A DNA stretch of 64,000 nt from Zygnema circumcarinatum SAG 698-1b (lineage: Eukaryota; Plantae; Zygnematophyceae), in NCBI GenBank assembly GCA_037447605.1, contig CM074814.1, positions 1,116,001 through 1,180,000 on the forward strand, in the 5' to 3' direction. A program made the position numbers and the translations under genes. Positions 45,634-57,974 of the stretch are shown one piece after another (positions within the stretch are counted from its first letter, which is position 1; the number at the start of each line of letters is the position of its first letter). Below the pieces are notes generated by a model, which did no database searches, was not told the DNA's origin, and was given only the letters and a program-made list of their open reading frames with translations.

Positions 45634-48600
45634 TCACGCCTTCAGCTTATTGAACGCTTCCTCCAGCTTTGGTACAATCTTCCCTAAAAGAATTTTGAAC
45701 CCTTCCGAGCTTCCAGTAGCGCCCGTTTCCCCAAACCCCTCCAAGTTCAATTCTGCTCTAGGCCTCTGGTCGTTCGAGGTAGCTGCTTCCTTTCCTAAGG
45801 AGCCCACCCTTGTCCCTACTATATATGCTGCACAGCTCGCAAGAATGTTTTGACCCCTCGACCGAAAATGTGCATAAACAAGATCCTCAAAATGTTGGGG
45901 GGGGCGGCGCAAGAGCTGCAACATTGACTTGCATGAGAGTAAGAAAGCACTTTCATTGTAAACTAAGGAGTTTTTCTCTCCCTCTGCTGTTCCAGCCTGC
46001 TTCTCATAGCCGGCCTCGTTGAAGTACGGCTTCGGAACCAGGACAAGCCCTTGAATGGACACCAGGACCTGCAAGTTTGAACAGAAAATTCACATCATCT
46101 CTTGTTATAACGGCTTGCTCCAACTTAACAATTCAAATCAAACTGAAAATTGAAGTTTAAGTCCCGGCAGGCTCAAACTAAACAATTCAAATCAAACTGA
46201 AAATTGAAGTTCAAGTCCCAACGGCTTACCTGCAAGAGAGTTGAGGAACTTGGATGCCAAACCTCTGTGCCTCTTCCTGTCCACGTGTTCAGTAGACTGA
46301 GGCACACTTTGCCGTTATCATACAAATTAGGGTTCACACGATAGCCCCAAGAATGATAGTAGGCAACAGGTGGAACATTTGGAAAATCGGGTGGAAGCCA
46401 TAGATCAAATAAGAAGAGATTATCATGGTATGGAGTCCCCGGAGCACCTACTATGGCTACTCTTAAGAGGTCCATGCGCGTCTCATAGACTCGCACCCAT
46501 ATGGTGTCCGGAAGGCCCTTTTGCAGCATGCTCCATTCTTGCTGTACTGCCTTTGCCCATTTCCGACTCGTTGCCTGCCCAGTTTCTCCAATGTAGTGAT
46601 GGTCGGAACACTCTTTCACACATTCAAATCTCTTGAAGCCCAAATCATTCACCTCTGTTCCAGCAGGTTCATCACCATCAGCGAAATCCCTGTCTATTCC
46701 CTGTTCGATAACTCCCGCTGTTGTAGCTTCCTCGGTCTCACTACTTTCGTTCGTGGGCTCCGTCGAGGGAACATTTACACAGTCTCCACTCTCTTGAGCA
46801 ACTTCAGAACTCCCTCTCAAGTCCCTTCCACTTGATCCTTCCAGTCGGTTACCTCCTTGTCGCCCCCCTTCGACTTCATCCATTACCCCTACCCTAGGAG
46901 TGACTGCTTCTACAACCCCTCTCCTAAACACGTTCAAGCTTGAAGACAATGCTGCCTTCAAGCCCTCACCTCCCTCGGCCGCACACCCGTTTTCAAAACG
47001 ACTATCTCGTGAAGCATGCTGTCCCTCTTCACCAGAAATTGGCTCCGCGTTTGTATCCTCCCTACGATCTGGCCCTCTGAATGGAAACAGACCTGCAGCA
47101 AGTCTGGAGACTAAGCTAATGGCTGCTCGAGGAAGCCCCAGTGGCCGCCTGCTGCTTGTTCCACTTGCTTTACCTACTGAAGCTTCATTAGAAGTGCCTG
47201 TGAGACTTTCGCCTTCCACCTGATGTACGTCTCTTGCTGCTGCACTTCCATCTGCTCCAGATAGCTCCTTCTCCTCCCCCCCTGCTGTTTGCTCATTTAA
47301 AAGAGAAACTGTCATTAGCGACCCCTGCAGGGAACACCCAATCCCCATCAAGCTTGTCATTCGATAGTCGACAGGAGCAGAGGGCGCGCTCATATAAAAG
47401 TTTGGCCCTTACATCTAGTAGATCATGATAAAAATGGATAACACTTGGACTGCTCTTTAAGGCCCACAAAAAAGAATGCACTTAACAATTGTGATAACAT
47501 TCAAGTAAGAGGCATTTTGTTGCCCGACATCATCCAACTGCTTGCCTAAATAGCGATAGGTGCAACCTCACGCATTGAAGGGTAGTTGGCATTCGCTCAT
47601 GGAACGCATCAAACAGGATTAGCAATTAGATTTAGGAAAGAACTAGCTTAATGTGACGAAGCTGTGTGGCAGATGTATCGTCTGACAGACCTCAGGCTCG
47701 TCTCCGGTCTCACTGACAGTTTCCCAGCTAGCACCATCAGAATCCCCTTCGTCCTCCTCATCGCCCATTGATGACGACTCGCCGTCCTCTTTGCTTACTA
47801 CATAGATGGAATGTGGACCCACCTGAGCATTCTCTCAAACACCAATAATGTCAGAAAATGTGCAATATGCATTGCTTCCAGAAAACCCTGCTAATGCCAC
47901 AACCAAAAGTTTCGGGAAAAGTGATGCCACACGATCTATGACTCAAAAATCTGATCTGGCAGAATGAGAGAAAAGTCAACGGTCTCCACAAAACCTTGGC
48001 ACAACCTCCCGTTGAACAATTGCCTGTGGCATTCCTTGCAAACATGACAAATAGGGCCCCAATGCTCATCCCTTGCTGGTTGTAAGGATAACTGTTTACC
48101 TTAGACACACTTCCATCCGCCCATGCCACCTTGACATGTCCCTTATCCAGGCCAATGATCTCTCCAACCCACCAAAGATCAGCCCGCTCAGCATCTTGAT
48201 TGCTCTCTCCTTCGCTTGCAGATCCCAGCAAGTTACGTTCACCGTGACCGTTATCTCCCACATTTGTACACTCAACTGTCGCTTGTCCATGACTATCATG
48301 CCGGCCTGTTGCGGCTTCCTTCGCCTTAGGAGAATTCGAGTGCGAACAAGCTAACCTAGACTTATCTAAATGAGCTTGAAGTGAATAGTTAGAAGTCAAA
48401 CCCCTTGCTCCACCGTTTTGCTGGGGTGCTTGAGGCAATCGAATGACAACATCTCCCAATTGGTAAGAGTAGTCCTCATGAGCAGCTAGCTCATATACAG
48501 ACACGACCTCTTCGTCGCCTGCATTCTGAAAACCTTCAGTCTTATCCATTGAGAGCGGCTCCAACCATTGTACTACTGCAGTCCGCTGCTTTGCATTTAC

Positions 48601-49959
48601 ACTTCTAACTATGCCAATTCTTCTACCCTGAGCACCATCACCGTCCTCTGCGTATACTTCCTGGCTTCTCTCAACAACATATTCTTCTGGCCAAAAGTCA
48701 TTATCACCCACGTGATGGACATGAAGCAAAGAGCATGCGTCAAGGTTGTAACTTGTCGTTCCATCTTGCCAAAGAACATCCACCTTCGTCTCCGTCCGTA
48801 TAACCTGTAAAGCATACTCCCAATTTTCATCCTTTCTCCCACATCTTCTCCGCTCCTTCATATCCGTTTTTTTCTTCCTCCTCTTCTGCCCAAACGTTGT
48901 TGTTTCCCCCCCTGTCGAGCTCCTTGCAGTGCCGTGGTTGCTGGAAACAGGTGCAGATTTCACCTCAATTGCATCTCTGTCAGCTCTCGCTCCCTCAGCC
49001 TCATTCGTTTCACAATCCTCAGCACTATTCCCTTCTGCAGGTTGCTCCCGCCGCGCTTCATCGTGCCATCCAGGTGGCGGCAGTGCGTAGTCTCCCACTT
49101 GCCAGCTCGTATGCTTGAACCAATTTAACGGAATTAGGTCTTTTCCAGAAACGTGATTAGGAGGTGCAGCTGCAGCTTGCTCATCGCCCTCCGGCGAGTC
49201 CCCTCCTGTACACATCCAAAAGATGCTAACGCTTCCCGCTTCTACCTTTACAACTGTCCCTTCATGATACGGAGGTTGCCATTTTCCTTTCAACCATTCT
49301 GCGACTCTAAAGAACCGGGAAGAAGACGCTCGCACCCTTTGCCCGGGAAAATACACACACTCACTATCAACATCTGTTGCAGTTTCTCTGACTGGAAACA
49401 GGTCCTCAGGATTCACCCCCTCACATTTACACCTCGCTCCGTCATCAAAAACAACTGTAACGTCATCCAAAACCTCTTCAACGCGGCCTAACCACATCCC
49501 CTTCACCACATAACTCCCTGTCACAATTGTCCTCGGCTTCTGCAGCTTCATTGTATCTACACCCACCATCTTCTCTCCAGCAGGATGCTGCAAATCTGCT
49601 TTTATATCCACTCCCACCACTGTCCCTGTCTGTCCAAGCGGCTCTGAAGCTCTTGCAACGATATTCCCGTGAACAAGCGCACGATCGATCACTACCAGAG
49701 ACCCAATTCTTTCCACAGATTCTGCCGGGGAGTTCAGCCAGCACACTCGCGCGTGCCCGGGAGGGATCTCGTCTTCACCGTCCTCATCATCTCCCTCATC
49801 CTCGCTATCGCTCTCACCCGCCACGCGGGACACGAAGCCCACTATGGACGGATTGCCCGCCTTCTCCACCACGTCTTCCGAGAAGAGCTCAACAATGGTT
49901 CCAGCAGCCACCGGCGGAGCCATGGCTTCCCTCTCCCTTCTGCCCTCCCTCCCAGCCAT
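45634..49959 (-). CDS. UBC23/UBC24(PHO2)-type large E2/E3 hybrid ubiquitin-conjugating enzyme; exons about 49959(or 49923)-48100, 47823-47692, 47327-46229, 46071-45634
   Basis: N-terminal LFSEDVV..IDRALVHGNIVA..WLGRVEEV..YFPGQRV..TKVDVLWQDG..NDFWPEEYV, ASWETV, and a UBC domain (LPDTIWVRVYETRMDLLRVAIVGAPGTPYHDNLF..NPNLYDNGKVCLSLLNTW..LQV/LVSIQGLVLVPKPYFNEAGY). Confidence 0.93.
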
Positions 49960-50319
49960 GGCGGCTCCCCCTCCTCCTTATAAAACTTGGAAGGGGGCGC
50001 TGCCGTGGCGACACGTGGCGCGCCGCATTCGGACGAACGACGGCACCTTGTACGGCCCCGGCCCAAAGTTCCAGTTCCGTCGTTCCATGTACGAAATTCG
50101 AAAAATATGGACATTAGCTCGTTTGACATGAAGGGTCATGGCGTGGGTCATGGCCTCATGAGGGTCATGAGAGTGGTCACGTGTCGGCCTGTCCGGCCAT
50201 CGTGCTGTCCTAGCTGGCGAATCGGACGGTGGAGCTGTGAGTTCTCCGAACGGCTTCCGTGGGGTTTAAAGATTGTACGGTAATAGGGTTTTATACGGCG
50301 CTGGTTTGCATGGCCCTGC

Positions 50320-50928
50320 ATGCATGCATGGCCGCTCGACGGCTGCCGGCGGAGGCTGCCGAGGGGTTTCCTCTCATTCGTCCTCCCGCGCGTTGAGGAA
50401 TATATGGTTAATAATCCGGATTTTACCTTTTATCGTCGTTATTTCCCCAACAGTTGTTTTTCTTTTCGAAGGGGCTACCTTGGAAGGTGGCTCGATGCCA
50501 GCTTGAGTCTGTCTGGAAAGAAAGCCACCAACGGGCGGGCCTTGCCTTGCGGGACTGTGCAAGTAAGGTACAAGTCTAGCGCAGTTCCTCTCTGAGAGTA
50601 TCCGAGGCTCCTGGTGTTCTCGGATGTCTTCGTTTTAGAAAGCTAGGAGGGGTGCAAGGGTGAGTGTTCCAGAAACTCCACTGGATTTGCGAAATGATTA
50701 TTTTTAGCCATTTTAGGAAAGAGGAGGGGAGGGGAGGGGGGAGGGGGGAGGGGGCAGGGGGGAGGGGCCATGGAGGGAGGGAGGGAGAGGGAGAGGGAAA
50801 AGGAGAGACACGCAAACTCTCGTAGCTTCAAACCAAAGTTGATCTCATTTCAGAATTTCCCTAAAGGGGAGTGCTTGTCACTTTATGGTCCCAATTCTTC
50901 CTGCGAGGAGGAGCCGCCCTTCACCTGA
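50320..50928 (+). CDS. Hypothetical two-exon small ORF of about 105 aa; exons 50320-50562 and 50854-50928
   Basis: Donor CAA/GTAAGG and acceptor ctcatttcag join in frame (..LPRVEEYMVNNPDFTFYRRYFP..PCGTVQ/NFPKGECLSLYGPNSSCEEEPPFT*). No homology recognised. Confidence 0.25.
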
Positions 50929-51212
50929 AAAGCAGCGTCTCACCTCCTGTCCAGCTACGCTTGCATTGTGAGAGAGCAGCTGTCCTGACTGCACGTGAAA
51001 AAGCTAAGCGCTACTGCTGCTGCTGAAAGGCATTGTGGAGCGACACAGTTGGAACCGCGGGAGGAGATAATACAGTGGGAGACTACCACTAGCTTGTCCT
51101 GTTCTCCTTCACTCTACCTAAACAAGCAGAAAATGTAACCTAAGATACATCAGTCAAGCACGCCAAAGTCTTCCAATTGACCTGAGAGTGACATTGTGCT
51201 TCATGAGCACTA

Positions 51213-54200
51213 TCACTTTTTCGCACGGCCTCTCCCTCTTCCTCTCCCACGCCCTCGCCCTCCCTCTGCTTCGCTTGCTTCCTTGCTTGCTGCTGCGGTC
51301 CCTCTCCCTCTCCCGCTCCCTCTCCCTCTCCCCCGCCCTCGCTTTGGTGCAGATGCGGCCCCTCTACCTCGCCCCCTACCCTTCCGCTTTGAGCCGACCT
51401 GCTCCTCTTCGTCCTCCTCCTCTTCCTCCTCTTCCTCCGCGCTGTTCTCCTCCTCTGCAGAAGACAAAGAAGACCCACTTAAAAAAAAAAAAAAGGCACA
51501 CAAAGGAGCCCTTCTTTTCAAAAAAAAAAAAAAAAAAAAATTCTCTTCACAATATATGCTCTGAGACTATAGAAAGGAGGTTCAATCATGAAACTGGCTA
51601 TACCACCATTATAAGTAGGTTGATCATTATTATCAAAACACTCTCAGATGAAAAAGTATTGGCTCCCAGCTACGGTATCCACTCGAAAACATTCCATCCC
51701 TTAAGCAGGTGAAGAAATACTTCATACCAGCATCATCCTCCTCAGGCTCGAACACTGGCAGCTGCATACAACAATTTTGACAGAGCCCCCCACCCCAAAA
51801 ACTGAAAATGTGAACCCCTCGATCCTCTTTAGTCGCAACTTATGGGGGAAAAAAAAAAAAGTCGTTGCCTCTTGTCCAGCTCAATTACTTCATGAAACTG
51901 GAGAGGAAACAGCTCTCACCTTTTCTATGATTTCTGGTCGTTTGCTGCGTGAAACCACAAACAAACTGTGGCCCACTCCGCATGCAACCCTGTCACGTCC
52001 CACCCCCTCCAAGTCCCAATTTGAGTTCCATGGAAGTTTCCATGACTGAATTCTACTGACTGCTGTACGGCAAGAAGGTACAACATAGTCCAAATGATCA
52101 ACAAATTATTGTCGAGCTACAGCGGACGAACTTATATAAATCAGTTACAAGCAGGAGAGAAAACCGTGGTATTTCACCGAATCACATGCGTCCCCTCCAA
52201 AGCATCCACTTTTTTTGGCGCTGCAGAAGACCTGCTCTTCCCCCCCTTGCAACTCATCACTTCCAGAAGGGAGAAGGGGGGAGGGAGGGGGAGGGTCAAA
52301 ACGATTGACCATACAGCAAGAGCCATCGTCATCTAATTTCTACCTTCTCTACCATAATGTCTGCTATCTACTCTCTCAGCCGAGCAGGCTTAAGAAGCCC
52401 ACTCCGCAGCTTGCACTAGAAAACAAAGTCATGTGGGAGAGAGAGGTAGAGAGAGGGAGATAGTGAGAGGCAGCAGGCCCATACTTAGGGCCGGACGGGC
52501 CGTAGCCGAGTTCCCCATACAGCGCGGTCCCCCACGTAATGCATGACTCGTCCGCGGCGACGGCAGAACTCATGTTCCCGCAAGCCATGCTGCGGATGTT
52601 CCATCCACTGCATGGCCCCTCTCTCCCACTCCCACTCACTCCGCACTCTATACAAATACAAACATAGCATAGCCTTCTTGTCTCTGTTGAATGTAGTGGA
52701 CTCTTTGTGAAGAAAGTAGAGCGATGCTAATAATCGAATTTCTTGGCTTATGTCAGCTTTAAAGTCCAGGAATCTACAAAGAGTACACTGCACAGTAACT
52801 AGGACTTTTGCAAGGGAAACAAACCTGAGGTCCATGTGTGCTTTTGGATACATCCAGTTGTCACCTGTAGCCTTCACCTTCCCCCACATGTACAGCTGAC
52901 CTCCACCTGCCCACTCCTCTCGCCCCCCCCCAAAAATTCACGCTGAAAACTGTTAAGTCGAGGTGAGTCAAGTCGAGTCAAGGAAATTCAAGCAGAGTCA
53001 AGCCAGGTCAAGTCAGCCGACTGGTCTCTCCCAGCCATAGCGACATACCTGCAGTGCAGGCAGAGAAGGCAGCCCCTGCTGCCACCACGCCTGATGGCGG
53101 CACGATATTGGCCCGCTGGAAATCTTCCACTTTTCGCGGCTTCCACTCATCCTTTTGTTCGCGATGGCCCAATCTGTGCTGCCCCTAAACAGGGCTTCTC
53201 AGCAGTCTGCCAAAACTTCCACAATACAAAACAAAGGAATCAAACACATTCTTCAATATGGAACCCATCCGGTTTAGCATCGCTCAGCTGTATCAAATGA
53301 GGTATTGCATCTGCCCCGACATTGTATCGCGAAACCGATATTATAGCAGGAACGATATTGTATCGCCATCAATACTACAACGATGAAGATATTGTATCGT
53401 CGTCGATACCACAACGATGAAGATATTGTATCGCCAGCGATATTACAACGATAAATATATTGTATCGTCATCGATACAGTACTGGAAACGAGTTGTATCG
53501 CCATCAGCTGTACCGAGATATTGTATCATTGCAGATACAATATCGGTAACAATATTGTATCGCCATCGATACTACAACGAAGATATTGTATCGCCATCGA
53601 TACTTCAACGATGAAGATATTGTATCGTCATCGATACCACAACGATGAAAATATTGTATCGCCACCGATACTGACACGATAAATATATTGTATCGTAATC
53701 GATACAGTACTGGAAACGAATTGTATCGCCACCAACTGTACCGAGATATTGTATCGTTACAGATGCTATATCTGTAACGATATTGTATCTTCATCGATAC
53801 TAGAACGATGAAAATATTGTATCGCCATCGATACTACAATGATGAAGATATTGTATCGTCATCGATACCACACCGATAAAGATATTGTATCGTCACCGAT
53901 ATTACAACAATAGATATATTGTATCGTTATCGATACCACGATGAAGATATTGTATCGCCACCGATATTACAACTATATATACAATATATATATTGTATCG
54001 TCGTCAATACAGTACTGGAAACGAATTGTATCGCCACCAACTGTACCGAGATATTGTATCGTTAGAGATACTATACCGGTAACGATATTGTATCGTCATT
54101 GATACTGTACCGATGACGATATCCAATTTGACTCGATACTGTATCGATAACGATATCGTATCGCCGTCGATATTGCATCGAGAGAGATCAAAAAACACAG

Positions 54201-57200
54201 AGAGCAGTTTGGTGGGCAGCAAGGGGAGCAGTGTGAGGGGAGCGGGGCGGCGCTCTCACCTCCCATAGCCTCCATAGCCCCACCTGCTTCCACAGCCCTC
54301 TCAGATCATTAGGGTTCGGGCCAAGCCAGCCAGTGGGAGGGAGGGAGGGAGTGGGGGAGGGAGGGAGGGAGGGAGGGAGGGGTTGCGGCTCAAAGGGAGA
54401 GAGAGAGGGTGAGAGAGAGCAGACCCTCACTCACGTGTACACGAAGCCGTCGGAATCCACAGCAACTGCAAAGGGGCCGAGGCATGGAAATCAATGTCAA
54501 ATTCAGATTACTTTCAAGTTTTTCTTTTTCATAAAAACATAAAAAATGGGAGCTGCTACAGTTATCGTATTGTTATTGCCGCTGATCAGCAGGATGCTTC
54601 AGTACAAGAATTGCTTCTCTTGAGATCATATGAACTAACACTAACACAAATCACTAACACTAAACTAACGCAAAAAGAAATTGGCAGACTCTCGTTTACC
54701 AAAAAGTTTCCACAGTCTTCACAGTTATGTAGGCTTTAATTATTCATCATGGAGGTGACAAGGAGGCCCTTCTCCCAAATCCCCTCCATCCCATAGCTCA
54801 TATTACCATACAACAATGCAGTGCTTTTTTCACCCTAAGTCCAAACTCCTGCTACTCTTCCTTGCAATCAGAAATGGGGCTTTTCTAATGAAGGAGGCAA
54901 CAACAAATTGGGAAATTTTCAAAGACGGGAAATACGGCTCCGAAAGTAATTTTGGTTACCTGTGTGGTTGTTGCCGCAGGCAACCTTCTCGACCTTCACA
55001 GAGGCGAGGGCGGAAATAGCGCGAGGGGTTGGCTGGGGTTCATGCACGAGCTTCACTGAGGAGTCCTTTGCATTGTACTGCTACCCGCCAAAAGCAAACG
55101 CACCAAAATTACTCGAGAGAGAGGGGGGGGGAGCGAGAGCGAGAGCGAGAGCGAGAGAGGACGAGGGAGAGAGAGCGAGCGAGAGAGAGAGAGAGGGGGA
55201 GCGAGAGAGAGAGGACAAGGGAGAGAGAGGGAGCGAGAGAGAGAGAGATGGGGGAAGCGAGAGAGAGAGAGGAAGAGGGAGAGAGAGGGAGCGAGAGAGT
55301 GTGGGGGGGAGCGAGAGAGAGAGAGAGAGGAAGAGGGAGAGATAGGGAGCGAGAAGAAGAGGGAGAGATAGGGAGCGAGAAAGAGAGGGGAAGGGAGAGG
55401 GAGGGTGAGAGGAGAGAGAGGGGGAGAGGACGAGGGAGAACGTTACAACCAATCAGGTCCCTCCCTTCATCGTGTGATGAACACGTATGACAAAAGGATC
55501 TAATTTACATGGTTATGCACTGCTTTTCAGCCAAGTCCCATATCAATTTTTTTCCTTTTACATTTCGATTTTTTGTTTATTTTTTCCATAGTTTTTTGGG
55601 TTGACCTGATTGTCAGTGCCATGGCCCAGCTGGCCGTACTGGGGGAGGCCAGCTGTCATAATTGTGGCCTTCTCATTGGTGGTGAGCCACACAGTGAACT
55701 CCGATCCGCACGCGACACGTGTCGCTGCAGAGACCAGCGTCCGTACGGGACTGCGCTGCAGCTCTGCATGCATCGCAAGAGGCAGACATTGCAGAAAAGT
55801 AGGGCAGAAAAGGAGAGCTTTTGGATAGGGAAAGCTGAAAGAAAGAAATTTCTCCAAGAAATTCACTTCAGAATGCTGGGAATACTCACCATTCCTTATC
55901 GAGCCTGTTCCCAGCTGCCCATGTTGATTGCTGCCCCAAGAATATGAGCTGCACACCCTCCTCAGCTTCCTGTTAGTGCTTTTGCTGAGCTTCCAGCATT
56001 GAAATTTCTTTGCTACGATTTTTTTCCACAAAATTTTTTTCCATTCAGCCCTCAGCTTATAAGAGCCTCGACGTTTCTCACCTGCCATCATTGGTCACCA
56101 CCAAAGTGTGGTGCTTTCCGGCAGCTGCTCCGACGACTACCTGCCTGCCTTCCATGCTTTGCTGTTAGGGCGATTTTCTTGTCTGATCTTCTTCTTCGGC
56201 CATGTCTGACACAGCCTTGAATTTAAAAGGAAGTACTCAAGATCAACAGTGAAACAGTATCTGAAAGCCCTTCGTTTCCTCTCAGTTACTTCAGAGTGGC
56301 AGCAAGTGCCAATTTTTGAGAGGGTGCCACCCAACCCCATAAGCCAAAAGGAAAAGAAAGGTTTTCTAAAAGAGATCGCATAGAGACACTCACTTGGCCA
56401 GCCCTGCAACTATGGTGGGTTCCGGCCTCACTTTCAAGTCGCCATGGCCGAGTTGCCCGTTCTGAGATGGCTCGCCTCCCCCCTTACAAGCTTAGTATCT
56501 GCCTTGTGCTATGCATGTGCCCTGCTTGCATCGTAACTGAAGGTAAGAGAGGGCCATTTTTACATCTCGCCTTTGAATAAATGGCCTTCAATTGGTGACA
56601 AGCAGCAATATACTTTGTGAGCTGCAGTTGCATCACTTCTTTTTTGCACACCTCATTTCGTCCCCATGTGAAGCAACGGCCGTCCACGTCGACAGCAACA
56701 CAGTGACACGAGGCTGCACATGGAGGCACTGTTAGCAGACATTTTTGGGACAGGAAAATGCAGCTCTGGCAAGTGAGGAATGCCCAACAGTAGGCCGACT
56801 GCCAAAACGGACTTGTTAGGTCAAATGCACTGCACTTTAGTTGGGGATAAAACAACGACATCATGATTTCAAATTGGGCAAAGGCTGATGGTTCAGACCT
56901 CCACTGCCATTTAAATGGTTGAGCCGAGGACAGGATAAACCATGTTAACAAACCAGCTCTCAATGTTGAGTAGGGAGGGCAGTGCAGCAATGCAGGTGCT
57001 TTTGGATTTTTTTTTTTTGTTCACATGAATCAGTAACAATGCAGGTGCAATGAGGTCAATTTTTTCAGGCGAAAAGCAGGACAGCAAATATTGAACTGAG
57101 ACCCTGTAGACAAGCTCCTTTGATCCTGAAATGTTAACTCGAGGACACCAAAAGCAAGGCCGAGACGATTACACTAAATTCTAAGCTGAGTAGTCTTATA

Positions 57201-57582
57201 TTGTTGACCTGACGGCGCAAGAATACGGATATCGCAAAGCAAAGACTCACCTCTTTCCATTCTTATGCCCTTCCTTCATGTTCCTCTGAACGTGCTATAT
57301 TGCTATATATTCTGTAACTTTGCAAGCATTCACAAGCCAATGCAGCTGACATAATGTGGAATTTAAAGCCATACCTGAACCAGCAGCCACCACTGCGATA
57401 GAGACATCCTTCAGTGCTCCCAGACGATGCGGCCCAGTCAATGAAGGATAGCGGCGAGCCCTTTCCTCCTTATCTCCACCCTTTTTTTTGGCATCAGAGC
57501 GTCCCACGAAAGCCCAGTCAGTGCTTCCGCAGAAGACCAACTCTCCACCTTCCGTCTCTATCTCCTCCTTCTTTTCTGCCAT
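51213..57582 (-). CDS. RCC2: RCC2 (TD-60)-like RCC1-repeat protein, multi-exon
   Basis: MAEKKEEIETEGGELVFCGSTDW, ASCHCVAVDVDGRCFTWGRNE, GQLGHGD, VACGSEFTVWL, TAGLPQYGQLGHGTDN, YNAKDSSVKL, WGYGGYGRLGHREQKDEW, MWGKVK..WMYPK, WGTALYGELGYG and an acidic plus GRGRG C-terminus. Confidence 0.95.
53320..54180. repeat. Intronic satellite with a unit of about 30 bp (gatattgtatcgccatcgatactacaacgatgaa) and higher-order structure
   Basis: About 25-30 copies of attgtatcg; the block cagtactggaaacga.ttgtatcgcca.ca.ctgtaccgagatattgtatc recurs near 53477, 53705 and 54009. Confidence 0.9.
55115..55435. repeat. GA-rich low-complexity tract in an RCC2 intron (one of many CT/GA tracts in the window, e.g. 23200-23290)
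   Basis: Directly visible (GA)n/(GAGC)n runs. Confidence 0.9.
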
Positions 57583-57974
57583 TCCGCAGATATTAGCAGC
57601 TTCTCCAAGGCCTTCTCCACTTCCTTCCGCAACAACAGCAGAGTTGTTGGAAGCGCTTTTTGAAGGAATGAAGAGCTTGTCTGAAGGATTTGATCTTCAC
57701 TCTTTCTTAGAGATTCGTGAAGTCGCTCCGCTAGAATCGCTTCAACCGTTTGCGCACTTTTGTCACCCTCCAAAAGACACTTCCGAGCGCATCTTCTATC
57801 AGGAGACCTCTGAAGAATCTTTCGTTGCGTACATACATTCAGCGCAACAGCACGACAGTTGAATTGAAAGGAACGCTCCTCGCCTTCCGGTAGAGAGCGT
57901 GCCCAGCAAGCAATACGATCAAGTTCTCTCTCCGTCTTCTGGATTTTCTCCATGAGTTTCTTCCAGGGATCCAT
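57558..57974 (-). CDS. Hypothetical 138-aa helical ORF upstream of and overlapping the RCC2 start
   Basis: ATG-initiated, intronless, non-low-complexity frame (MDPWKKLMEKIQKTERELDRIACW..LRKEVEKALEKLLISAEWQKRRRR*); no family recognised. Confidence 0.3.
   Translation of the reverse strand: MDPWKKLMEKIQKTERELDRIACWARSLPEGEERSFQFNCRAVALNVCTQRKILQRSPDRRCARKCLLEGDKSAQTVEAILAERLHESLRKSEDQILQTSSSFLQKALPTTLLLLRKEVEKALEKLLISAEWQKRRRR

Noticed and set aside
46127-46220. Direct repeat of about 40-50 bp in UBC intron 3
   Set aside because: A simple local duplication with no effect on splice sites
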